A stretch of 54,935 bases of DNA from a virus (Duplodnaviria > Caudoviricetes). The notes beneath the pieces were generated by a model. That model saw nothing but the letters and a program-made list of their open reading frames with translations. It ran no database searches and was not told the origin of the DNA. Below, one piece after another: positions 17,487 to 27,459 of the stretch. Location of the stretch: positions 1-54,935 of IMG/VR virus record IMGVR_UViG_3300036771_000058; one strand, given 5' to 3'. The position numbers and the translations under genes were made by a program. The first letter of the stretch is position 1, and the number at the start of each line of letters is the position of its first letter.

Positions 17487-18289
17487 GTGATTTACAGCGA
17501 GAATTTGATGAAACACTTGATAAAATATCAAAGCAATACGAAAAAGAAAATGAAAAACAAGTAGAAGAGACGGTAGCAGCAATTATGCTAATCCGTCTCT
17601 TTTTATTGGACTTAATTAATGACTACCAAAAAGATGGTGTAATTAAACGAGGTAGATTGAATGCTTTATTACGAGATTTAGACTTTTATGAAAAGGAATT
17701 TCGTAAGCAAGCAGGAGTATCGTTTGAAAAGATGATTAGCGATACATCGAAATGGACGAGTTCTAAACTTGCTGAGACTCCATTGGAAATAAAGGATTTA
17801 GATTCCTTAAATCAGCAAATCGTAAGGAACATGCTTAAGCGTAGAGGTGAGGATGGTTTAATCCTGTCTGACCGAGTATGGAACTTAGCTGGTGATATGC
17901 GAGCAGAGTTAACGAAGGTAATACGTCCGGCTGTGCTCAAAGGTGAAAGTATTAGTTCAATCTCTCAGCAAATACGAGAAGTACACGACAATGAGAAATG
18001 GAAAGTCGAACGTGTAGCAATCACGGAAAGCAATAATACACACCGAGCGGCTACTATTTATAACGGTAACGAGAGTGATATTGTCACAGGTTACAAGTTA
18101 ATAGATAACGGACATCGACATCGTTATCACTCACAGCATATGTGCTACAAATTAGCTAGGCGTGATGCTTATGGATTAGGACCAGGGAGATATCCGAAAA
18201 AGATTCCTGAGAGTTTGCTAGCTCAACTAATCAACCCTCATCCACAATGTTCATCTCGTTTGAATTACATTATCGGAGAGGAGGAATAA
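17483..18289 (+). CDS. Minor head / morphogenesis protein (MuF / SPP1 gp7-like)
   Basis: LSDRVW, RVAITE, PHPQC motifs. Confidence 0.7.
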   Translation: MSDLQREFDETLDKISKQYEKENEKQVEETVAAIMLIRLFLLDLINDYQKDGVIKRGRLNALLRDLDFYEKEFRKQAGVSFEKMISDTSKWTSSKLAETPLEIKDLDSLNQQIVRNMLKRRGEDGLILSDRVWNLAGDMRAELTKVIRPAVLKGESISSISQQIREVHDNEKWKVERVAITESNNTHRAATIYNGNESDIVTGYKLIDNGHRHRYHSQHMCYKLARRDAYGLGPGRYPKKIPESLLAQLINPHPQCSSRLNYIIGEEE

Positions 18290-18292
18290 CGA

Positions 18293-18667
18293 GTGTTAAC
18301 TGAAAAGGACATCGAACAAATCAGAGCTAATCGTGAATTAATCGAACAAAATCGTCGTGAATCTATTATTATTTGGCGAAAAGGTACCGAGGAAGAGGAT
18401 CCAATTACAGGTGAAGAAATTCCGGGTAAAGATATTCAAGAGCCGGTGCAAGTCGTTTGGAAAAAGTTCACGTTAGAGGATAAAGCAAAGTTTTTAGGGA
18501 CTGATGTAAAAGAAGGTGAAGCGCTTGTTACTTTCCATCTCGATATTAATTTAAATGACGTCAATTATCTCGAAAGAAACGGCATTCGTTATGTAGTCGC
18601 CTTAATTGATGAACGAGGGCTAGGCGGAGTCAATCGTCGAGAAGTAGTCGTAAAGAGGGTGATTTAA
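18293..18667 (+). CDS. Head closure / head-tail joining protein
   Basis: Position; DPITGEE. Confidence 0.55.
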   Translation: MLTEKDIEQIRANRELIEQNRRESIIIWRKGTEEEDPITGEEIPGKDIQEPVQVVWKKFTLEDKAKFLGTDVKEGEALVTFHLDINLNDVNYLERNGIRYVVALIDERGLGGVNRREVVVKRVI

Positions 18668-19026
18668 TGAAAGTCAGTGCGAGAATCAAAGGTATGGACG
18701 ATATTTACCGCATGATGAATTCTGATCGTTATAAAACACCTGTTGCTAATACCGTTGAAAAGCATGCTAGGTTACAAGCTAATACGGCTTCTAACAGAGC
18801 ACCTGTTGAGTCAGGTAATTTAGCAGGAAGTATTCCACCAAGTGTAAAACCTTTAAACGGAGACAAAACTGGATGGTTGTATGGTTCAAATGTCGAATAC
18901 GCAGCCGTTCAAGAATACACGCACAAAACGAAAAAAGGTTTTATGCGTAAAACGATGTTCGAGGGCGAAAAACCGCTAGTTTCTGACTTAGAAAAAGCGA
19001 TTCAACAAACAGCGAGAGGTCTATAG
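18667..19026 (+). CDS. HK97 gp10-like neck / tail-completion protein
   Basis: APVESGNLAGSI and NVEYAAVQEY motifs. Confidence 0.75.
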   Translation: MKVSARIKGMDDIYRMMNSDRYKTPVANTVEKHARLQANTASNRAPVESGNLAGSIPPSVKPLNGDKTGWLYGSNVEYAAVQEYTHKTKKGFMRKTMFEGEKPLVSDLEKAIQQTARGL

Positions 19027-19027
19027 T

Positions 19028-19435
19028 ATGGCAACGGTAAATGATGTAATGTATTCGCTGAAAAAGTCATTAGAAGAGTTCGCTCCTACTACTTGGATAT
19101 ATGATGGTGTTTCTTTAACGGGAAAAGCAAAACCGTTTCTTACAGTTGAGTCGTTAACAGGAACTATCGACAGATATTCAAAAGATAACTACGCACGAAA
19201 TCATTTAATACAAATCGGGGTATATTCCGATACAGTATCAAGCAGAAATGAATTACAAGATAAGATCATTGACCGACTAGAAAGGCGACCAATTGACTTG
19301 TACAACACAAGTTCGAAGGTGCCTAAGCTAATCGGTTTTTTATATGCAGAAGTTTCGTCATGTGAGCCGATTCCGCAAGCAGATGGCACTCAAGTAACGG
19401 CGAAACACCTTAGCTTTATCACAATTACTATTTAA
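19028..19435 (+). CDS. Tail terminator
   Basis: Position before the major tail protein; size. Confidence 0.6.
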   Translation: MATVNDVMYSLKKSLEEFAPTTWIYDGVSLTGKAKPFLTVESLTGTIDRYSKDNYARNHLIQIGVYSDTVSSRNELQDKIIDRLERRPIDLYNTSSKVPKLIGFLYAEVSSCEPIPQADGTQVTAKHLSFITITI

Positions 19436-19452
19436 ATCAAGGAGGAATACGG

Positions 19453-19959
19453 ATGGCTGAAACAACAGTAACAACAACACAAGCAGCATCACCGGAGTTT
19501 AAAGGGAAAGAGACGTTATATTTAATCGATATCCCGCAAGCAGATAGTACTTCTAAAACAGTTCGATTATTTAACCAAACTTCAGGATCACGCTCTATTG
19601 AAGCTGGTGAAATTGAATTGAAAACAAAAGATAAATCCGGTAGTGATTACGGCGATGTAACACAGTCTGTATCTATCGAAGGCGTAAGTACAGAAGGTGA
19701 CGAGGCACTTGATTATATCGAGGAAGCTATCACGAATAAGAAACTGGTTAAAATCCATGAAGTTTCCTTACGTAGTGCAAAAGCTGGTGAGTATAAATCG
19801 AAAAGCGGAACGTTTATGTTGAGCAGCGTTGAGCTTTCACATGAAAATGAGGAATTCTCGAAGTACTCTATTGAGGCAAAATTAAATGGTGGGCTTTCTG
19901 TAGGAAAAGTTACAACAATCCCATCTGGAGCGCCTGACGGTTCAGTCGTTCAACCATAA
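19453..19959 (+). CDS. Major tail (tube) protein, TP901-1-like
   Basis: QTSGSRSIEAGEIELKTKD pattern; followed by a terminator. Confidence 0.8.
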   Translation: MAETTVTTTQAASPEFKGKETLYLIDIPQADSTSKTVRLFNQTSGSRSIEAGEIELKTKDKSGSDYGDVTQSVSIEGVSTEGDEALDYIEEAITNKKLVKIHEVSLRSAKAGEYKSKSGTFMLSSVELSHENEEFSKYSIEAKLNGGLSVGKVTTIPSGAPDGSVVQP

Positions 19960-20038
19960 AGAATTGATGAGTAGGCGGAGGGAACTTCGCCTATTACTTT
20001 TGTAAATAAATCTAACTAATTAACGGAGGTTTTTATAA

Positions 20039-20413
20039 ATGACTAAATCATATACACGTTTTGAAGTAAAAGGGAAAGAGCACGAGCTTAAATACGGTAT
20101 TGAAGCGATTAAATTAATTGATAGTAACGGTGGTCCATTCGAATTTGTACAAAAGGCAATGCAAGGTGGTCTTGAAGATTTCATTAATGTAATTTATTAC
20201 GGATTACTCCATACAGAAGAAGGTATTACACAAAAAGATATTGAGGCAGAAATTGAACGTCAATTATTTTCTGAAGAGTTATCTTTCGATGACATTTTAA
20301 AAGTAAATAAGGCGGTAGTTCTAAATAGTTTTTTCTTCCAGAAGACAGTGAACAAGTTACTAGCGAGCATGGGCGAGGAACAGAAGAAAGCGTTCGAGAG
20401 TCTGTACGAATAA
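20039..20413 (+). CDS. Tail assembly chaperone (gpG-like)
   Basis: Between the major tail protein and TMP; contains slippery T TTT TTC at 20329-20335. Confidence 0.75.
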   Translation: MTKSYTRFEVKGKEHELKYGIEAIKLIDSNGGPFEFVQKAMQGGLEDFINVIYYGLLHTEEGITQKDIEAEIERQLFSEELSFDDILKVNKAVVLNSFFFQKTVNKLLASMGEEQKKAFESLYE

Positions 20414-20757
20414 ACGTTGATGATTTACAGGCGGATTGTTTTCGGTATTTCGGTATGTCAACGCTTGAATCTAAAAGGATAAGTATTAAGGAGTACCACA
20501 TTATGCTTACTGGATATCGTGAACGCTTACTAGATACTTACGAGATTGCTAGTGTTCAAGCTTTATTTTACCGAAATGCCCAGAGCGAGAAGGTAAAAAG
20601 TCTAGACGACATCTTTAAACGTCCAGAAAATGCTCGGGCGATAGAGGCAAAAGAAAAAGAGCGTGAACGATTAACGGAAAAAATTCACGCAAACGAAGCT
20701 TTATTCGACGACATCGAACGAGCATTACGAAGTCAGAACGGAAAAGGCGGTGAATAA
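20329..20757 (+). CDS. gpT-like extension reached by -1 frameshift
   Basis: The -1 frame is open from the heptamer (preceded by TAG 20326-20328) to 20757; no good RBS for ATG 20455. Confidence 0.65.
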   Translation, partial: FFLPEDSEQVTSEHGRGTEESVRESVRINVDDLQADCFRYFGMSTLESKRISIKEYHIMLTGYRERLLDTYEIASVQALFYRNAQSEKVKSLDDIFKRPENARAIEAKEKERERLTEKIHANEALFDDIERALRSQNGKGGE

Positions 20758-20759
20758 TT

Positions 20760-23700
20760 ATTAGTCAAAATAGAGTAGAGGTACAACTATTAGCGGACAT
20801 ATCATCGTTGCGAAGTAGTTTGACACAAGCGACTCAATTATGGAGAAACTTTCACCAAGCGGTTAGTCAGCCAATAAACATACCGGCGCCTAATGTACCG
20901 CCTCCACCTCGAATTCCTACACCGCCAACACCGGCTCCGCCTGATATGTCGGGTTGGCAACGTACGTTTCAAAATGTAGGTAATCAAGCGCAAGAAATGG
21001 GGCGTAGGATACAATCGGTTGGTCAAAGTATGACAACGGCTTTTGCGCCACTTGCATATGCTTCTGGCAAGGCATTTGGGAGTATGATCAAGAACTCGAT
21101 GGAATTCGAACAGCAAACGAGAAAAGCAGCGGTTCTTACCGGCGGTTCATATGGTCAAGTTAAGAAAGATATCTTGGAAATGGCGACTAGCTCCGTATAT
21201 TCAACCGGCCAAGTCGCGGCAGCTTATGCTGAGCTAGGAGCGAAAGGATTTGACGCAGCACAATCAACCGCAGCGTTACCAGGCGTTCTATCAGCGGCCG
21301 CAGCTTCGGGTGAAGACCTCGGAATGGTAGCCGATACGATAACTTCCGCATTAAATGCATTCGGTATGGAAGCAAAAGATAGCGGGCATGTGGCAGACGT
21401 ACTAGCACAGGCGGCAAATGCAACGGCAGCTGGCGTATATGATATGCAGTACGCATTTAAGTACGCAGCTGGTCCGGCGGCACAGTTAGGTATCGGAATG
21501 GAAGAACTTGCAGCATCTGTTGGTATTATGTCTAACGCAGGTATCAAAGGTGAGACGGCTGGTACAGCGTTAAGATCTGCAATGCTTCGTTTAGTCAAAC
21601 CACCAAAAGCAGCCGCTAATATGTTGAAGCAACTCGGCGTTACTACGACCGACAGTAGCGGAAATATGAAGTCGCTTTCTCAAATTATCGGCGAATTACA
21701 AACGGGCATGGAAGGAATGACGAGCGCTCAAAAGGGTGCGGCGTTAGCCACTATCTTCGGTACGGAAGCTGTTTCCGGTATGATGGCACTTGTTTCAGCC
21801 GGCCCAGAGAAAATCGATAAACTAACGCAGTCACTCATTAAATCGGATGGTGCTTCGAAAAAGGCAGCAGACTCGATGCTCGAAGGTTGGGCAGGGGCGG
21901 TTGTAAAAATGCAATCGTCTCTTGATGTAGCGGCTCGTGCATTTACAGATGCTTTAGCACCAGCGATATCAGTTGTAGCTGATAAGATCAAAGCGCTAGC
22001 AGACTGGTTTAACGGTTTGTCTTCTACAATGAAAACAGCTATTGCAACGATAGTCACTGTAGGTGCAGCATTCACTGTTTTTATGGCTGTACTAGGAATT
22101 TTAATAAGTAGTATAGGTAGTACGATAACAGCAGTCGGGGTTCTTCTTACTTGGCTCGGTAAAAGCGCAATTGTCGCAAAACTAGCAAGTGCCTCAATGG
22201 TCGCTCTACGTGCAGCATTCGCATTCTTAACTGGACCAATTGGTGCAACTATAGCTATTCTCTCCTTGCTAGGATTAGCGCTAGTCCAACTATACAAACA
22301 TAACGAGACATTCCGTAACGCGATGAATAGTGCCTGGGACTCCATAAAAAATACAACTGTATCAGCTGTAGAATCTATTAAATCAGCAATTGACTCATTT
22401 GGTGCGTATCTTGCGACAATCCCCGCTAAGTTTTCAGCGGCGGGTAGCGCGATAGGCGCTTTTTTTGAATCTGTAAAAGCAAAGTTTAGTGGACTTGGAC
22501 AAATGATCGGCGGTGCTTTCGGTTCAGCGATCGAAGGAATAAGCGCTAAGTTTTCAGGAATTAGTTCAGCAATTTCGCCAGTCGTAGAGTACATTAAATC
22601 TTCATTTTCAACAATTGGTAATACGATCGCCACTTTAACACCTTTAATAGTTCGTTTGGGATTATCATTCCTAGGTGTATCTGGTCCTGTAGGTTGGGTC
22701 ATTGCTATTGTCGCATCGTTAGGTGCTACGATTTTCAAACTCGTAAACACAAATGAACAAGCGAAATCAGCACTGATGTCAGCGTGGGAATCAATAAAAG
22801 GTGTCTTCAGTACGGTAGCTTCTGTAATCATGCCGATAATTACTTCACTAGCCAAAGGGTTTATTGATGCGTTCGCACCGTTAGCTCCGGAGTTTCAAAA
22901 GACTGGACAAGTCATCATGGAAAGCTTCGCATCTTTAGGGCCGGCATTTGCGGAGTTAGGTGCAGCGTTTGGCGAACTTGGTTCAACTATTATGAGTCTC
23001 TTTGGTGACGTCGTAAAACAAGTAATGCCATTAGCAACGGATTTATTTAAGCTATTTGGAGAAAACGTCCAATTAATGATGCCTTTGGTAACGGATTTAA
23101 TAAAAGCGTTCGCTGAAACAACGATTGGAATTATGCCAGCAATAACTCAAGTAATCCAAGAATTGTCCCAAATGTTTTCAGAATTAGCGGCTGAAGTAAT
23201 GCCGATGCTTTCGCAGGTAGCACAAGAGGTATTCCCAGTGATAATGAATATTATCCAAGCATCAGTTGGCGTTTGGATTGCAGTCTTGAAGCTGTTCGCA
23301 GATATTATTGTTATTATCGTACAAGAAGCAATCCCAATTTTACTTACAATTGTTCAGGAAGTATTTCCTCTTATTCAATCTGTTATTCAAACAGTAATTC
23401 CGATCGTCATTGAGCTAATTAAATTATTCGGGGAAATTATAACGATAGTTGCTACGACAGTGATTCCGCTTATTTTACAGGTGGTGCAAGCGGTGTTTCC
23501 GGTAGTTATGTCGATTATCCAAGCGATAATGCCGGTAATTTCAGCGTTATTCCAGGGTGTGGCCGAGATTATTAAAGGTGTACTAATTCCAGCGATTCAA
23601 TTCATTTTATCGATAGTACAAGCGGTATTCCCAGCGATTATGGGAATTATAACTTCAGTTATTGGCATCATCACGAATATTATTAAACTTTTCACGGCGT

Positions 23701-24566
23701 TTCTGAAAGGTGATTGGGGCGCAGCTTGGGAAGCGGTAAAAGGGATTACATCGAGTGTAATGTCGCTTATCGGAAATATCATACAAGGTGCGATGGCGTT
23801 AATAGGAGCAGTTGTGACTGGAGGATTGAATCTAGTACAATCGATTTTCTCTAGTGTTTTAAACGCAATTTGGGGCGTAGTGAAGTCGATTTTTAACGGT
23901 ATTAGTAATGTGATTTCTTCTGTTATGTCCGCCGTAGGGAATATTATATCTGCAGGTTGGAACGCAGCTAGTTCAGCTACATCAAGTATCTTGAGTGCGA
24001 TATCTAATACGGTATCAAATATCTGGAATAACATCATTTCGTTCTTAAAAGGCATTAACTTGATGAGCATCGGTAAGAACATCATGGAAGGTTTGTTAAA
24101 CGGTATTACATCAATGGCTACTCGTATTTGGGACAAGGTAACCGAGATAGGTAATGGTATAAAGGATAAATTCACAAGCATATTATCGATTCACTCTCCT
24201 TCACGTGTTTTCCGTGACTATGGTGTATATACCGGTCAGGGTTATTTAGAGGGTGTCGATGGAATGAAAAGTGCAATAATCAGGACATCAGAAAATATGG
24301 CTAACTGGATGAAACCAGAAATGTTAGCGGTTGATACAGGTTCTGTAAGTACAGGTTTAGCGAAAGCCTCAGCTCCTTCGGTGTATGCAGACAATGGGCG
24401 TAAGTCTAAAACGGATGCAGTATCAAACTTCCAGCGAGAAATGACGATTGAAAACGTAATTATGATGGACGGTAGGGAAATCGCGAGATCTACAAAAGGA
24501 TACTTAGACAACATGCGTATGCAGGACGTAAGTATTCAATCATACTTATTAGGAGACAAGGGGTGA
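20760..24566 (+). CDS. Tape measure protein (proposed ATT start at 20760; ORF track start TTG 20808)
   Basis: Over 1250 aa, Ala/Gly-rich TP901-type core plus 11/22-residue amphipathic repeats, IHSPSRV motif. Confidence 0.93.
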   Translation: MSQNRVEVQLLADISSLRSSLTQATQLWRNFHQAVSQPINIPAPNVPPPPRIPTPPTPAPPDMSGWQRTFQNVGNQAQEMGRRIQSVGQSMTTAFAPLAYASGKAFGSMIKNSMEFEQQTRKAAVLTGGSYGQVKKDILEMATSSVYSTGQVAAAYAELGAKGFDAAQSTAALPGVLSAAAASGEDLGMVADTITSALNAFGMEAKDSGHVADVLAQAANATAAGVYDMQYAFKYAAGPAAQLGIGMEELAASVGIMSNAGIKGETAGTALRSAMLRLVKPPKAAANMLKQLGVTTTDSSGNMKSLSQIIGELQTGMEGMTSAQKGAALATIFGTEAVSGMMALVSAGPEKIDKLTQSLIKSDGASKKAADSMLEGWAGAVVKMQSSLDVAARAFTDALAPAISVVADKIKALADWFNGLSSTMKTAIATIVTVGAAFTVFMAVLGILISSIGSTITAVGVLLTWLGKSAIVAKLASASMVALRAAFAFLTGPIGATIAILSLLGLALVQLYKHNETFRNAMNSAWDSIKNTTVSAVESIKSAIDSFGAYLATIPAKFSAAGSAIGAFFESVKAKFSGLGQMIGGAFGSAIEGISAKFSGISSAISPVVEYIKSSFSTIGNTIATLTPLIVRLGLSFLGVSGPVGWVIAIVASLGATIFKLVNTNEQAKSALMSAWESIKGVFSTVASVIMPIITSLAKGFIDAFAPLAPEFQKTGQVIMESFASLGPAFAELGAAFGELGSTIMSLFGDVVKQVMPLATDLFKLFGENVQLMMPLVTDLIKAFAETTIGIMPAITQVIQELSQMFSELAAEVMPMLSQVAQEVFPVIMNIIQASVGVWIAVLKLFADIIVIIVQEAIPILLTIVQEVFPLIQSVIQTVIPIVIELIKLFGEIITIVATTVIPLILQVVQAVFPVVMSIIQAIMPVISALFQGVAEIIKGVLIPAIQFILSIVQAVFPAIMGIITSVIGIITNIIKLFTAFLKGDWGAAWEAVKGITSSVMSLIGNIIQGAMALIGAVVTGGLNLVQSIFSSVLNAIWGVVKSIFNGISNVISSVMSAVGNIISAGWNAASSATSSILSAISNTVSNIWNNIISFLKGINLMSIGKNIMEGLLNGITSMATRIWDKVTEIGNGIKDKFTSILSIHSPSRVFRDYGVYTGQGYLEGVDGMKSAIIRTSENMANWMKPEMLAVDTGSVSTGLAKASAPSVYADNGRKSKTDAVSNFQREMTIENVIMMDGREIARSTKGYLDNMRMQDVSIQSYLLGDKG

Positions 24567-24573
24567 TGGCGGG

Positions 24574-25410
24574 TTGGATATAGAAACGACATTAGGAACG
24601 ATAGTACAACGGTTAGATGGAAAGACGTATAAACTTGAAGAAATCGGGATTACAACGAGAGACTTCAACCCGTCTTCACCATCACCGAAACATAATACAG
24701 AAGAAACAGACGGACGACATGGGGCAATCGATTTAGGTACGGTTTACGAACCGCGAAAAATCAATTGCTCTTTTTATTTAAAGGCGTACGATATGTGGGA
24801 TTATGCGTTATTACGAGATGAAGTATTTAAGATATTCGATAGTAGACAACCGTTTTATATTATCGATGCCAGAAACCCCGGAAAGCGATGGCTAGTAAAG
24901 TGCAACAGTTCTTACGATATCGAGCAACAACGCATATATGGATTCTTTGATATCGAGTTTATTGCATTTTCTCCATTTGCTGAGTCGATTGGGACTACGT
25001 TATCTCCACTCACTTTTGATTCAAACGTTTGGCAAATCGGACAAGGTTTAATTGCTGAAGATATAAAGTATACGCATAATACAACATCTTTCCGTATCTT
25101 CAATGCCGGCGATATTACCATTGATCCGAAATCTATGGATTTGAAAATAACGTATAAAGGTATGTCTAATAATCTATCTATAAAAAACGTTACTACAGGT
25201 GACCTTTGGAGTTACGCAGGTATCACAACAACAGCGCACGATATTATTACTCTAGATGGTGTAGAAACATATCGAAATGTGGTAGGAAGTATTTTCGGGA
25301 AAACAAACTGGGGATTGATTACGTTAAAATCTGGTTGGAATGACTTTGTGTTAACTGGTGCAACAGGAGATTTCAAAATCGAATTTGACTTTAGATTCTA
25401 TTACTTATAA
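24574..25410 (+). CDS. Distal tail protein (Dit)
   Basis: After TMP; LKSGWNDF and terminal FRFYYL. Confidence 0.8.
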   Translation: MDIETTLGTIVQRLDGKTYKLEEIGITTRDFNPSSPSPKHNTEETDGRHGAIDLGTVYEPRKINCSFYLKAYDMWDYALLRDEVFKIFDSRQPFYIIDARNPGKRWLVKCNSSYDIEQQRIYGFFDIEFIAFSPFAESIGTTLSPLTFDSNVWQIGQGLIAEDIKYTHNTTSFRIFNAGDITIDPKSMDLKITYKGMSNNLSIKNVTTGDLWSYAGITTTAHDIITLDGVETYRNVVGSIFGKTNWGLITLKSGWNDFVLTGATGDFKIEFDFRFYYL

Positions 25411-25425
25411 GCGAGGTGAATAGGT

Positions 25426-27039
25426 ATTTTAGTAGTAAAAGGCATTAATGGGCAAGAAGAAATGTTATGCGATTATAAAAACGTGAGACGAAAACGAAGG
25501 GTAAATGGCGATTTCTCTCTTTCTTTTAATCTACTGAATACTGAGTCTGTAAAACACGCTTATAATCTTGTTGATAAGCGAGCAAAGATTACAGATAGGT
25601 TTGGTGACGAGTATATAGTAATTGGATTAAACAAACAAGGACATTACGGTAAAGTAATTACCGCCATTCATGTTTTCTTTGACGATTTAATAAACGATTG
25701 GCAGTACGACCTTAAGAACGGTTACACTAATTTCGTACAATGCATGGACTTCATCTTTAAGGATACCGGTTGGAAGTGGATCAATCAGGGAGCATTCGCA
25801 GCGACCCGGTTTGAAAACTTCGGGGACGACACTCGACTAGCACTACTACAAAAGGCGCTTAATCGATATGGTGCCGAGTTCACAATCGATAACAAAAACA
25901 AAACCGTTATGTTTAAAAATGAGATTGGTAGGGATGTAGATGCACAGTTTCGTTACGGACACAACTTAAAGACATTCGAAGAAGAAAACGATATGAGTAA
26001 CTTTGCTACAGTTATACGAGGTTATGGAAAAAAAAATGAGCAGGAAATTAAAGTTGAGTACGTATCGCCAATGGCTAAAATTTATGGGCGAATACACCAA
26101 AAACCGGTACGTGATGAACGATATAATTCAGAAGATACTTTATTAGAACGTTGTAAGCAAGATATTAACGACGTACCAGAAACGAGATTCAAAGTTAACG
26201 TAGTCAACCTTATCGAAAACGGACTTCCGTTGCACCCATATGAATATGGTGATTACGTGTATATGCTGTATGATGAAGCGGATGTTTCTGTGAAAATTCG
26301 TATTATAGAAATCGAAGACGATCCGACGGACAGTACGAAATCACCTATCGTAGAATTATCGACTTTTAAATATTTGAAGTCGCCAGAAGCTATCGAGGCA
26401 CAGTTTAAGCAGACGCAGAAGCAAGTACAGCAATTACTGGACGATAACGGAAACTTAAACCTAGCGTTGAAAAATCTGTATATGAATACGCAAACATTCG
26501 CTGATAACACTGGCGTTTGGTATATAGATCCAGACGATAAAAATAGATACGTCCATATTGGTGCAGGAGGCCTCGATGTTCATCGTGGTCTTGTTCGTGT
26601 TGAACGAGAAGATGGATATGCGGTAATTATCGGTGGCGTCCTTCAACACGGCTTTGACATCATGGGCCACCAACCGCCATTTACAAGTGGTGATGTTTCG
26701 ATAGATGGATGGTTCTGGGTAACACCATCAAATATATTGCAAGATTGTCAGTTCTATTCTTATGAACATTCTGGCAGATATTTAAATGTTCAAATCCAGT
26801 TAAAAACAGAAGAAGGCGGAGAGGTAGAAGCAGCTTTATTAGATATGGATGGTGAGACCGTATTGAATAAAGTTTCCTCAAAGCAAACGAATCCACCCCC
26901 TGTTGGCGGTGATATCATAATGACCGTTGATTTAGGAGTACCAACAGGAGAGTTGAAAAGTTTTTATTTCCGCATCAGGAATAAAACCTCAGGAAAGAAA
27001 GCGTATGCCCGTATATTCAGATCATGGACAAGCGGTTAA
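25426..27039 (+). CDS. Tail tip / Tal protein (prophage tail endopeptidase family; proposed ATT start at 25426)
   Basis: FENFGDD, FRYGHNL, TVIRGYGK, PVRDERY motifs. Confidence 0.8.
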   Translation: MLVVKGINGQEEMLCDYKNVRRKRRVNGDFSLSFNLLNTESVKHAYNLVDKRAKITDRFGDEYIVIGLNKQGHYGKVITAIHVFFDDLINDWQYDLKNGYTNFVQCMDFIFKDTGWKWINQGAFAATRFENFGDDTRLALLQKALNRYGAEFTIDNKNKTVMFKNEIGRDVDAQFRYGHNLKTFEEENDMSNFATVIRGYGKKNEQEIKVEYVSPMAKIYGRIHQKPVRDERYNSEDTLLERCKQDINDVPETRFKVNVVNLIENGLPLHPYEYGDYVYMLYDEADVSVKIRIIEIEDDPTDSTKSPIVELSTFKYLKSPEAIEAQFKQTQKQVQQLLDDNGNLNLALKNLYMNTQTFADNTGVWYIDPDDKNRYVHIGAGGLDVHRGLVRVEREDGYAVIIGGVLQHGFDIMGHQPPFTSGDVSIDGWFWVTPSNILQDCQFYSYEHSGRYLNVQIQLKTEEGGEVEAALLDMDGETVLNKVSSKQTNPPPVGGDIIMTVDLGVPTGELKSFYFRIRNKTSGKKAYARIFRSWTSG

Positions 27040-27099
27040 GTATAAGTATCTAGAAATATATTAAAAAACGAATTTTATATAAATTAGGAGGAATTATTT

Positions 27100-27408
27100 A
27101 TGAAACCAGTCAAAGTGTATTTAGGTGTACCTCAAACAGAAAAACTACCAGTATATGTTGTGAAACAAGAACAACAACTTACAATCAGACAAATACTTTT
27201 CACGAATACAAATGCAACGGATGCTAAAATCACTATTACAGTGAATACCATTGATATTATGAAAGATTTAATTATTAAAGCTGGTGAAACAAGAATTATC
27301 GATGCTTCTATCGTACTCGATCCAAGCGATACACTGTTTCTTAGACAAGAGAAAGAAAATGCTATTAACGTTACAATTAGCGGCACTTTGGAACAATCCT
27401 ATCAATAA
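27100..27408 (+). CDS. Small tail-associated beta-rich protein
   Basis: RBS AGGAGG; position in the tail module. Confidence 0.6.
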   Translation: MKPVKVYLGVPQTEKLPVYVVKQEQQLTIRQILFTNTNATDAKITITVNTIDIMKDLIIKAGETRIIDASIVLDPSDTLFLRQEKENAINVTISGTLEQSYQ

Positions 27409-27459
27409 AGGGAACCTTAGGGTTCTCTTTTTTATTATCAAGAAAGGATGGTGATATAA

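Noticed and set aside
21187-24514. Long minus-strand ORFs (up to 375 aa) inside the tape measure gene
   Set aside because: Antisense shadow frames of a low-complexity Ala/Ile/Ser-rich gene
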